Origin: Macrostomum lignano
Taxonomy: Eukaryota
DNA: 64,000 bases
Assembly (NCBI GenBank): GCA_002269645.1
Contig: NIVC01001433.1
Location: 124,001 to 188,000, forward strand
Reading direction: 5' to 3'
Position 1 is the first letter of the stretch, and each line of letters starts with the position of its first letter. The notes under the pieces were generated by a model. It was given only the letters and a program-made list of their open reading frames with translations. It was not told the DNA's origin and did no database searches. The position numbers were made by a program, and so were the translations under genes. This document shows positions 51,201 through 62,685 of the stretch, piece after piece.

Positions 51201-54200
51201 GTTGTACGTGAACACTCGACCAACCCCTCCTCTCTCTTCTCCAGTGTACACTTGACCAACCCCCTCTCTCTTCTCCAGTGTACACTTGACCAACCCCCTC
51301 TCTCTTCTCCAGTGTACACTTGACAAACCCTCCTCTCTCTCTTTTCTCCAGTGTACACTCAACCAACCCATCCTCTCTCTTCTCCAGTGTACACTCGACC
51401 AACACACTCTCTCTTCTCCAGTGTACACTCGACCAACCCCTCCTCTCTCTTCTCCAGTGTACACTCGACCAACCCCTCCTCTCTCTTCTCCAGTGTACAC
51501 TCGACCAACCCTTCATCTCTCTCTCTTTTCCAATGCACAATTGACCAACCCCATGTCTTCTCTATTATACACTCGAATGCCTCACATTTACCATCACTTT
51601 ATTTAATTTGAAACCTCCAAGCCAATCATAAACCAAAGCTTATTTTGTCCCAACGCAGTCTCCCCTGGAGCCGCTGCACCAACTCTACCGAATGCTACTG
51701 GGAGGCGGCACAATTCACGAGCGTCTTCAAAGCCTGCCACCAGACACTGCCGTCACCATAGTAACCGACGACCACGAGCTGGCCAGCCTACCATTCGAAT
51801 TGGCGCCAGTATTTGACGCCTTATCGGCGCCGCTATTCCGCGCTAGCAGTCTGTGGCACCTGGACTGCGCAATCAACAGCGAGTTGGACAGACTCAGAGT
51901 CGATGAGGATGTCGAATTCGAGCGCCAGCTGGTCAGGCGGGGAGGCAACACCAGTCCCAGACTTGTCAATCAATTAACAATGCTTCTGCCACAAGATTCC
52001 GAGCGATACAAAGCTGCAGACACCGACAGGGAGAAACGAGGAGCAACCGTATCGTTTGAGCCGTCCATGCCTGATAAAAAATCCAAAAAAGATTCTAAGA
52101 AAACAGTCGGCGTCAAGAAGGTTTCCATAGCAACGCCTGGCGTTAATTTTGCCGATCCAGGGGACAGCGGTGGAAGAGAAGAAGCAAATTTTGAGGTTGA
52201 GAAGGCGCCGTCTCTGAATCCTAGACAGGTGAGAGCAGAGCATTCTTCTAGGTAACCTTTGTGCCGTTGACCCACTTAACCCTGACCCATTGAGACGAAA
52301 CTGATCCACTGTGACGACTGCACTGACCCACTGCGACACTGACCCACTGCGACACTGACCCACTGCGACACTGACCCACTGCGACACTGACCCACTGAGA
52401 CACTGACCCACTGGGACACTGACCCAATGGGACACTGACCCAATGGGACACTGACCCAATGGGACACTGACCCACTGTGACCCACTGTGACACTGACCCA
52501 CTGTGACACTGACCCACTGGGACACTGACCCACTGTGACCCACTGGGACACTGACCCACTGTGACCCACTGAGACACTGACCCACTGGGACACTGACCCA
52601 ATGGGACACTGACCCAATGGGACACTGACCCACTGGGACACTGACCCACTGTGACCCACTGTGACACTGACCCACTGTGACACTGACCCACTGTGACGAC
52701 ATTGACCTACTGTGAGGAGATTGACCCACTTTTCCTCACCCTCAGCTATCCAACCCGCATCTGCTTCGAGTTTCATCGTCAAAGGCCGGTGCCGCGGTGG
52801 CTGTCAGCTCGCCGACAAAGCAGCCGACTTCGTCGTCGCTCCAACCGCAGGTCGGCTCCCGTCGTCCGCAGGCGCCAGACAGCGGATTTGAAGCCTCATC
52901 GGGTATTCACTTTACTCAACAAGCCAGATTGAAGACTCGAACTCGAGTAGCGGACACCGTGACCGTGGTGACGACTCGAACTGCGACTGACACGGACGTG
53001 GCCACCTCTGCCCTGTTTGTGACGCCTTTCCGACAAATTAGCGACCCGGAGAAGTGCGTCGTTGTTGGAAACCCGAAGCTGCCGAAACAGTGAGCATTTT
53101 TCCGAAAAATAAAAATTCTATTGTTAGTTAAACCGCAGCATTTCGCATTGGCCAATGGAAATCTTCCAACTTGGCCTGCGATCATCGAATTAAAAGTTTA
53201 TTTAAATTTAAATTGGCGCCAAAATAGAACACTTGTTTTAATGACGCTTGTTTTAAACGCTATTTCTTGCTGTGGGTTTACGGCCGCTACTAAAGACGTT
53301 TATCACGCTTAATATGAATAGTTTATTGTTAAAATGTCCACTTTTGCGCGAATTCGAAATTGGCATGATTTTAGTTTTACAAACATCGATTGATTTATCA
53401 ATAAGTCGAATTAAAACTCGCAATTTTTTAGTTTGACGGTCGACGGCGAGCCTTGGACAACGGTTAGTCAAATGCAGCAGGCCCACGCTGAACTATTGCT
53501 GGTCGGCGAGATGTGCGAAGTTTGTCCAATCGAAGGCGAGGACGCCACTAAAGATGTGTTCCTTCGCGAACTGCAGACTGCTACTGTTATGCATATTGGT
53601 TGGTGTTTGTTTGCTTTGATTCATGCGCTAGTTCAGTTTTAAGATCAACTTCTTATCGTCTGCTACAAAGAAGTGATTAAAAAATCGGAGAGTCTCTCCC
53701 TGTTATCGGAGGCTATTTTTAGGCGTACACTTGGATAGAAAAGCAAGCGTTATTGTTCGCTTATTGTACAGCGAATGAATCTACATTGGGTGTTAGCGCT
53801 AGTGGTTTTTTGGGTGAAAGTAGAAAGGATTGGGGTGGGGTGGTGAACGTGGTGAGGCAGCTCTTTAGTAAACACAGAGCACGCGAGCAAATGAGCTAAT
53901 TTTAAACGAGCGGAGTTTGACTTGCGCTAACTTTAAAAGTCATAAAAAGTCAAATGTACACCCAAAGCCTTAAAGGCCTAGTAGATGAGCTGGGCTCAAT
54001 GTACACTAGGGGAAGAGGTTTAAGGTTTATAGATGTACACTAGATGTACAGTTCGTTTTAAAACTTTTCTTACAGCAACCTACGCTTGCCTAAGACGCGG
54101 CTACTTCGCTTTGGCGCCAAATCCAACACGCCAGCGACTCAATGACGGCGATGTTGTTGCATCAAAGAGTGCCTCAGTAACAAAATCTGCCTCTGGAGAT

Positions 54201-57200
54201 AAAAGTAAAACGACAAAGAAGGAAGAGGCGGACGAGGCCAGTTATCTCGTGAAACCGAGTGACCTGCTGCAGTGCGGTCGACTTCGAGCTGGTAAGGTTT
54301 GAGCGCTTTTTAGCGCCAAAGTTTCTCATTTTAGCGCCACAGACTCTCATTTTAGCTCCACAGGCTCTCATGTTAGCGCCACAGGCTCTCAGTTTAGCGC
54401 CATAGGCTCTCATTTTAGCGCCAGACTCTTATTTTAGCGCCACACTCATTTAAGCGCCCATTAACTAACTGAAACAAAACAAAGATTTCAATTGGTTTGC
54501 TTTACTCAGGTCTGATTGTGCTCAGCTGTGGCTGGGCAACCAACTCAGCACCTGTGCCTGCAGCGGCGGCCAAACCCGGAGGCAAAACCGCCACAGCTGC
54601 GCAGGACAGTGCAGACGATTTAGCCGCTTCAGAAGAAGAAGATTCTCTGTTGCCAAATTTGCTTCTGTCACTGGGAGCTCAATGCGTCCTTTGTCTGGCT
54701 TGGCCTCTGCCTGGCAAAGCGCTTGCTGAATTTTGGCGCCAGTTCTATCTGGCGCTACAGTGGGGACGCGCTAGCGTTGGCGCTGCGGCGCGGAGTGCGC
54801 TGCGCGAAATGGCGGAGATAGAAGAGTGAGTTTTTTGTTTTTGTTTTGTTTTTTGAATTTAGGTTGTAATTTTTGCGTATTTCTACTCTTACGAGCTCGT
54901 AGTAGATTGCTTAGAATATAGGTTGTTATTTGCGCGTATTTCTACTTTTAGTAGGTAGTTTAGTTATTTAGTTGTGTAATTGCTACCTAAGCAAAAATAC
55001 AATGAGCCTCCCACTCAGAGTTTGTTGGAGTGTTTTATCATAGTGGTCGTTTCATCACGCTACTAACTCAGTAGCAATATTGATATACTCCATCCAGATT
55101 TGCTGCTCCAAGTGTTCAAGGCGCTATTCGACTTTACGGAAAGGATTTAGTCATCAACTTGGCCGACATTCGGTCAGCTCAACTGTCTCAAACTATCGAC
55201 GCCGTGGAGGCTCAGGATGGAGCAAGGGAACTGCTCAACGATGACTCCGATAAGGAGAAATGTGAGTATTTTTAGCCAACTGCGTTGGTCTTAGCCAATT
55301 GACAGGTTTGAGTGATCTGCCCCATAGAGTGACTGGTTTGAGTGATCCGCCCCCATAGAGTGACTGGTTTGAGTGGTCCGCCCCATAGAGTGACTGGTTT
55401 GAGTGGTCCGCCCCCATAGAGTGACCGAAGGTTTGAGTGATCCGCCCCCATAGAGTGACTGGTTTGAGTGATCCGCCCCCATAGAGGGACTGATAAAGGT
55501 TTGAGTGATCCGCCCCCATAGAGGGACTGATAAAGGTTTGAGTGATCCGCCCCCATAGAGTGACTGAAGGTTTGAGTGATCCGCCCCCATAGAGTGACTG
55601 GTTTGAGTGATCCGCCCCATAGAGTGACTAAAGGTTTGAGTGATCCGCCCCCATAGAGTGACTGATAAAGGTTTGAGTGATCCGCCCCCATAGAGTGACT
55701 AAAGGTTTGAGTGATCCGCCCCCATAGAGTGACTGAAGGTTTGAGTGATCCGCCCCCATAGAGTGACTGATAAAGGTTTGAGTGATCCGCCCCCATAGAG
55801 TGACTGATAAAGGTTTGAGTGATCCGCCCCCATAGAGTGACTGAATGTTTGAGTGATCCGCCCCCATAGAGTGACTAAAGGTTTGAGTGATCCGCCCCCA
55901 TAGAGTGACTGATAAAGGTTTGAGTGATCCGCCCCCATAGAGTGACTGAATGTTTGAGTGATCCGCCCCCATAGAGTGACTGAAGGTTTGAGTGATCCGC
56001 CCCCATAGAGTGACTGATAAAGGTTTGAGTGATCCGCCCCCATAGAGTGACTGAATGTTTGAGTGATCCGCCCCCATAGAGTGACTGAAGGTTTGAGTGA
56101 TCCGCCCCCATAGAGTGACTGGTTTGAGTGATCCGCCCCCATAGAGTGACTGGTTTGAGTGATCCGCCCCCATAGAGTGACTGAAGGTTTGAGTGATCCG
56201 CCCCCATAGAGTGACTGATAAAGGTTTGAGTGATCCGCCCCCATAGAGTGACTGAAGGTTTGAGTGATCCGCCCCCATAGAGTGACAGGTTCGAGTAATA
56301 TACGAATATTAAAGTTACATTTTACTTTTGTGTAATACGATTATTACTATATTAAAATTTGATGCCACGGTGAGGGTATCTGCTAATTGTTTTAACACCT
56401 CATTTCCACATTGCCAACTTGAAAAGTCGAACCGCCAAAGGACACTGAAGAGGAAATCTTTGTTCTGGAGAAAGAGGGTAAAAATTTATAATTTAAATCA
56501 TTAGATGCCACTGCACAACAATGAGGCCAAGCGTGGTTAATTATGAGGGTATAATTTAATGCACTTGTAAGCAACTTGTTTTTTTAAAAATCAATGTCTT
56601 TTTTGTCGATGTGTATTCAAGTTTGTTCAAATTCTATTGTTTTTTCCGCCTGTAGAAAAAACGCACAGATTTTATTATTTGTCAGTCATCGCTTCTACTA
56701 AGAGTGAAACTACTGCTTGTCAGTAGCATTTACTGCGCATGCATGGCATATTTATGTAGGACAAATTCAGACCAAAAATTTTGAGCCTGTATTATTTACT
56801 AACAAAAGTTTTATTTTTATGCCCCATAGTTTTTTCGTCAGCGACGATGGAAAATTCGATACTTGGCTACTTATAAAAGTAGCCTGTTGCAGGCAGTATC
56901 GTATATTTTGCTTTGATAGTCAGATTGTCACGTCATTTATTAGGGGATTGAAGCCTGTAATTTTTTCAATTAAAATTTATCAATATTTGTTTTAATTAGG
57001 AACTATTCTATACTTGTGTTAAAAACTTTTCAGTTCCAAAAGAAGCCGCTCTGATGTACGAATTGCAAAGTCTGGTGTCGGCTGTGCTGCAGGAAAACAA
57101 GCGGCACGCGGGCTGCTTGGATCAAATTGCTTCTCTGGTTAGTAGGGCCCTAATGAGACGAGACGAGGCAGTAATGAGATAAAAGACATGGGTGATATGA

Positions 57201-60200
57201 AATAGACAATAGAGAGACGTGAAAGAGATCGCAGGGACAATGTAGACATAGCAGAGACAGGATACTCGTGAAAGATACACATGAAAAAGACAGAGGGTCA
57301 TCAGACATGCGAGAATGACTCAACAGAGACATGGCAGAGAAGCAGACACAAGAGAGACATGAGAGACGGACAAAAGAGAGAGACATGTCAGACACAGAGA
57401 CAAGAGACAGACATGGCAGAGACACAGAGACAAGAGACAGACATGGCAGAGACACAGAAACAAGAGACAGACATGGCAGAGACAAGGCAGACATGGCAAA
57501 GACACAGAGACAAGAGACAGACATGGCAGAGACAAGGCAGACATGGCAGAGACACAGAGACAAGAGACAGACATGGCAGAGACAAGGCAGACATGGCAGA
57601 GACACAGAGACAAGAGACAGACATGGCAGAGACACAGAGACAAGAGACAGACATGGCAGAGACACAGAAACAAGAGACAGACATGGCAGAGACAAGGCAG
57701 ACATGGCAGAGACACAGAGACAAGACAGACATGGCAGAGACACAGAGACAAGAGGCAGACATGGCAGAGACAAGGCAGACATGGCAGAGACACAGAGACA
57801 AGAGACAGACATGGCAGAGACAAGGCAGACATGGCAGAGACACAGAGACAAGAGACAGACATGGCAGAGACAAGGCAGACATGGCAGAGACACAGAGACA
57901 AGAGACAGACATGGCAGAGAAAAGGCAGACATGGCAGAGACACAGAGACAAGAGACAGACATGGCAGAGACAAGGCAGACATGGCAGAGACACAGAGACA
58001 AGAGACAGACATGGCAGAGACAAGGCAGACATGGCAGAGACACAGAGACAAGAGACAGACATGGCAGAGACACAGAGACAAGAGACAGGCATGGCAGAGA
58101 CACAGAGACAAGACAGACATGGCAGAGACAAGGCAGACATGGCAGAGACACAGAGACAAGACAGACATGGCAGAGACAAGGCAGACATGGCAGAGACACA
58201 GAGACAAGAGACAGACATGGCAGAGACACAGAGACAAGAGACAGACATGGCAGAGACACAGAGACAAGACAGACATGGCAGAGACAAGGCAGACATGGCA
58301 GAGACACAGAGACAAGACAGCCCTGCCTCCAACATCGCTCCGCAGCTGGACGGCGCCCTGAAGCGGCTGTTCCTTGGCAACCCGGGCAAAGCCAAACGCC
58401 GTCTGCCCGACTGTCTCGCTGACTTTCCCGCGGCAGTTCGCCTGCTGCGATTTCTTGGCTTCCATTTCCAGCCAGATTTCGAGGACACGCCGAAACAGCT
58501 GATCGTGTTCCCGCACTGGGACCGGGGCGGACTGCTGTTGCCCGCTTATCACGTGTTCTCCAGCCTGCTAGCGGTTGCTCCACACCCGGCACTCACGGAG
58601 TCGCTATTCCAGCTGCTGCCAACCAGCCAGGAGAAGATCTCCTACCTGGTCGACCTGCTGGCAATCACTAAACACGCAGAGGAGCTGCAAGTGAAGCAGT
58701 CGGATTTGACTGTTCGCATTCTGTTAGGCCAGCCAAAAACTTTGGCTCTGGTGCGCCAGCTCGGCTTTGTGGAGCTCGGGAAGTTTCTCTACTTTTCTAA
58801 GACTAATGAGCGCAGGTGAGAGAGATTGATTGCCATTAATAAATGTGTATACATGGGCGGGAATGTCTAACAGGATGCTGTTAGATAGGTGTTAGATACG
58901 AGTGTCACCTGTTAGATGGAATGATAACCTTTTAAAAAGTAGGGCCACTTGTTAGATAGTGGGGTCACCTGTTAGATAGAAGGGTCACCTGTTAGATAGT
59001 AGGGTCACCTGTTAGATAGTAGGGTCACCTGTTAGATAGTAGGGTCACCTGTTAGATAGTATGGTCACCGGTTAGATAGTAGGGTCACCGGTTAGATAGT
59101 AGGGTCACCTGTTAGATAGTAGGGTCACCGGTTAGATAGTAGGGTCACCGGTTAGATAGTAGGGTCACCGGTTAGATAGTAGGGTCACCGGTTAGATAGT
59201 AGGGTCACCGGTTAGATAGTAGGGTCACCGGTTAGATAGTAGGGTCACCTGTTAGATAGTAGGGTCACCTGTTAGATAGGAGGGTCACTTTTTAGATTAG
59301 GGTCACCTGTTAGACAGGGTGTAATGACACCTGTTAGACAGGTATAGTGTCATCTGGTAGACACAATTTACACAAGCCACCATGCCTCATCATCAAACCC
59401 AGAGCGCTGCTCAACGCGTGCCTTCAGCTGCTCATCGCCCTGTCAACGCACAAGAGTCCCAGTCTGGTGCACAAGCTCGATCCAGAGTTGCTAGGCAACA
59501 AACGCGTTGAGCTGGCGGCTGGTCAGCAACTGCCAGTGAGGGAGCTGAGTCGCTTGTCAACTTTGGAGCCCCTGCTACTGCCGAGGAATCAGGTATTGAA
59601 TAATCATTTTAACCACGTTTTTTATTGATGTCGATACATATCGGATGATTCGAAATAAATGTCAAAATTTTCAATCGGATTGATTTGAAATGTATAGCCA
59701 TGAATTTAATTTTGATAAATATTGGCTGGTTCAATTAATTTTGCAGCCATCAAGTTTTTTTCGACACATATCGGCTAATTCGAATTTATTTTAGCCTTGA
59801 ATTTATTTACGATACATATCGGCTGATGTGAAATAGTTGTAGCCTTAAATTTATTTACGATGCGAATCGGATGATTCGAATTATTTGTTGCCTTCAAAGA
59901 TATTTTCGATACATATCGGCAGTTTCAGTAAAGTCCATAGTTCTGTTTTTTATGATCATACTCGTACAGAACCGAAGTGGTCACTAAACTGACAAGTGAG
60001 TTGATCGATCTGGCCAGTGAAAAGTATGTGTACGTGTTTAAGTACGTGTACTCTCGTATCTCACTTCGGTTCACGTATAAGATCTATATTTTAACACATG
60101 CGTTTTATAGTCACGAATTTTATCGGTATTCTTTTGTTTTAAAACTCATTGAAATTATTTTGTTCACTTGATGATATTTTAAATCGTGCCTAATTCTGCA

Positions 60201-61106
60201 TTAGCAATAAATCATCACGGATTACAAACCTTCCTAAATCCTTATCGCAGTTGGGCTTTGCATAGTTCCCTCAGCCTCACCGGCCTCACCATCATCCTAC
60301 CCCTCAGCCTCACCGGCCTCTCCATCATCCTACCCCCTCAGCCTCCCCTCTTAATCATCCTACCCCCTCAGCCTCCCCTCTCCATCATCCTACCCCCTCA
60401 GCCTCCCCTCTTCATCATCCTCCCCTCAGCCTTCCCTTCCTACGCAATCTCCGCTCTCCATTAACCTCAGCTTCCCTTCTCCCTCCTCATCTTCTCTTCC
60501 CCATCTCAAGTGGATATTTTTCCCCACAAATGGGCACTTCCCAGTAACCATGGTACCTCAACCATCCCCACCGAAAACTTCCAGCTTCGCATGGCCACCC
60601 CATGGATGACGCTGATGGAGACCGCGGACGAGATGGCGGAGAAGATGCTGCTATCCCGCGCTCACACGGACATCGAGCGTCACGTGCTCGCCGCCGTACG
60701 CCGAACTCGCACCTGGCAGCTGGAGGGCTTGAAAGCCACCGCTGCTGTGGCCTCCGCCGAGCTGCAGCTTCAGCGGGCGGCGGCCAGACAGCACACCATC
60801 TACAGCAGCAGCGGCGCCGCTAGCAGCGAAGTCGGCCAGCCGTCAAAACCGTCCATTGTTGACAAACCAGACACTGATGAGGCCGAAAAGCAGGACGAAC
60901 GTGACCGGCTTAAAGTTAAAGTGCAGCCTGGCGGCACTCCGTCCAGCACTCGCTACCCGGTAGATTACCGGCCGCCGCAGACGCTGCCGCAGGTGGCCGA
61001 GAAGCGCGCCAAGGCGCATCGGGTTGTCGAGGATCGACTGCGCGAGATCGGCGATAGGCGAGAGGCGAAGCTCAAGGAGCTGTTCCTGCCGTACATTCAC
61101 GGCTGA
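45285..61106 (+). CDS. TPR-repeat plus CHAT-domain protein (TTC28-like), 18 exons, about 1770 aa
   Basis: Exons 45285-45380, 46099-46308, 46729-46906, 47038-47249, 47591-48088, 48707-49048, 49320-49679, 50725-51078, 51659-52228, 52746-53089, 53432-53598, 54076-54291, 54510-54825, 55098-55261, 57034-57137, 58346-58815, 59403-59592, 60585-61106; all GT-AG and phase-consistent (sum 5313 nt). TPR helices; CHAT motifs LASLPF, VVVGNPKLP, ATKDVF..L..ATVMHIAT, LIVLSC, LGAQCVL...W. Confidence 0.85.
45405..45990. repeat. 22-bp minisatellite (AACAGGTGTGATCTCCGTGTCT), intron 1
   Basis: Directly visible. Confidence 0.95.
46400..46635. repeat. 49-bp tandem repeat, intron 2
   Basis: GACAAATTCT at 46452, 46501, 46550. 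Confidence 0.9.
47283..47530. repeat. 26-bp repeat (GGCGCCCTATTAGACACTCGATATTT), intron 4
   Basis: Directly visible. Confidence 0.9.
48135..48545. repeat. Pyrimidine-rich repeat (TCTCTCACCTGTCTCTTATC-like), intron 5
   Basis: Directly visible. Confidence 0.9.
49095..49262. repeat. 12-bp repeat (GATGGGGATTTA), intron 6
   Basis: Directly visible. Confidence 0.93.
49692..50600. repeat. 16-bp minisatellite (GACTCTTTGTCCCTGT), intron 7
   Basis: Directly visible. Confidence 0.95.
51215..51560. repeat. ~34-37-bp repeat (CCAGTGTACACTTGACCAACCCCCTCTCTCTTCT), intron 8
   Basis: Directly visible. Confidence 0.92.
52300..52710. repeat. 16-bp repeat (GACACTGACCCACTG[C/G/T]), intron 9
   Basis: Directly visible. 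Confidence 0.93.
54300..54460. repeat. Degenerate ~21-bp repeat, reverse complement related to the 42470-43115 array, intron 12
   Basis: TCATTTTAGCGCCACAGGCTC units. Confidence 0.8.
55300..56290. repeat. 31-37-bp minisatellite (GTTTGAGTGATCCGCCCCCATAGAGTGACTGAAG), intron 14
   Basis: Directly visible. Confidence 0.95.
57350..58320. repeat. 30/20-bp composite minisatellite (GACATGGCAGAGACACAGAGACAAGAGACA), intron 15
   Basis: Directly visible. Confidence 0.95.
58945..59340. repeat. 20-bp minisatellite (GTTAGATAGTAGGGTCACCT), intron 16
   Basis: Directly visible. Confidence 0.95.
60265..60430. repeat. 30-36-bp C-rich repeat, intron 17
   Basis: CATCCTACCCCCTCAGCCTCCCCTCT units. Confidence 0.85.
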
Positions 61107-62685
61107 GCGGGAAACTTTTTTCAGAACTTTTTCAATAAGATTTACAGAAAAGAACGAAAAACGCTATTTAGACTACTAAGCTACTGATAGTAGTTTAAAA
61201 CACTCTTGGAAATGCCAATGCTTGTTTAATTAGTTTTCTGAACAAAAACCTCAGCTACCGAATGACGTGTAGATGTTGAAGAGTTTATGTGTGCATGTAC
61301 ATGTTCATCTAAGAATTTACAACTTTTGCTATGCTATTTGAGTGATATATTTTTGAGCCCCCAAGAATTTTCTAAAAATTATTTTATTTTACAGAGTGAA
61401 TAGTAGCTAATACTATTGTACATATCTTCTACTACTAGATAAATTAGTAAAACGCCTGTTTGTGATAAACCCAATAGACTATATTTTCTATCTAAATTCA
61501 ATTTCTCGCACCTACATAAAAGTTATTGCGAACAAAGTTTTTGAAAGTTTTCTTAGATTCTTGGTTTCAGTAAATAAAAAATAAAACTTGTGCCTAAGCC
61601 GCCGAGTAGAAAATATTTTTTTCTTAGAAAATCATTGTCTAAAACGTTTATTTTTTAGCCTTGTACATGTACGCTCGAATGCTTTCAAACGTCTAACAGG
61701 TGACATTATACCCTGTCTAACAGGTGACTTTATACCTCAACAGGTGACAATATACTCTGTCTAACAGGTATCTACGCGGAATTCCTGCAGTGAATGCTTC
61801 AGCTAAGGAAAAGACCCCAAGTTCAATAACTGCAACATTGGAACTTCAGCATTTTATTAGTTCAAGCATTGACGTTCGCATTTGAATGCCTATAAAAACA
61901 TTTACAAACTATATATTTGTCATTATACTCGTAGTTATGATAAAAAGTTATTGTTAATAAAGAATAACAAAATAAAAATATGCCAATCGCACAAAGAACA
62001 CAGTGACTTGAGTTAAACTAAACTTGAGTTTGATGGTTCACTACATAATAAAAACAGGAACCTTAAGACGTGAAAGTGAAAAACATAACTCAAAAAAATG
62101 GATTGTTATCAATGTTTCTGAAGCGTTTCTTTGCCGGTAGAGAAGAGAAATCTTGGACATAATCCAAGTTTAATTTGATCATTTCGGGTCAATGGTTTAC
62201 CCGGGTCAATTTTTGAAGAACAGTGACTCAAAGACTCAAATGTGGAGGGTCGCCCGTTAAGGACTTGTGTTAGCGCGCGCCTTACCTTTCTACTAACTCA
62301 ACTAACTAGACTAAATGGAGTTGTTAAACACGAAATGCGAAAAAGTGCCATCTTATGCACTTTTAGACTGCAACTCAGTGATTCCACAGCGACTCTACGA
62401 CTTAGAGTCATTTCAGAGTCGTTTCAAATTGACTTTAGGACGACTCTTTGACGACTTGTACCGTGAGATCTCGTCATTTTACAGTCGTCTAGAGAGTCAC
62501 TTCTTTCCTATTTTACCTGTGTTACCTGAAACGACTTTGGGACGCTTCTTGGCCAATTGGTATCGTTTTCATCTGGTCGAACGAGTGACTGCAGAATCAC
62601 AAAGACTACTTGTAAATTAGATAATTACCTGGAAAATACCCTCAAGTCTATGATACAAGCAAGACCAGAAAAAGGAAATACGAAC

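Noticed and set aside
1677-58819. Long ORFs such as THCRHCSH, SVCLSV, MGADHSN, AETQRQETDM, MSAYGAK, GTKSHRDKES and FECQCH
   Set aside because: They are translations of intronic tandem repeats, open in several frames and on both strands
62315-62620. 101-aa ORF convergent with PPCDC
   Set aside because: No recognisable domain, and it is rich in GACTC/GTCG motifs typical of non-autonomous element interiors; no TIR or TSD could be fixed either
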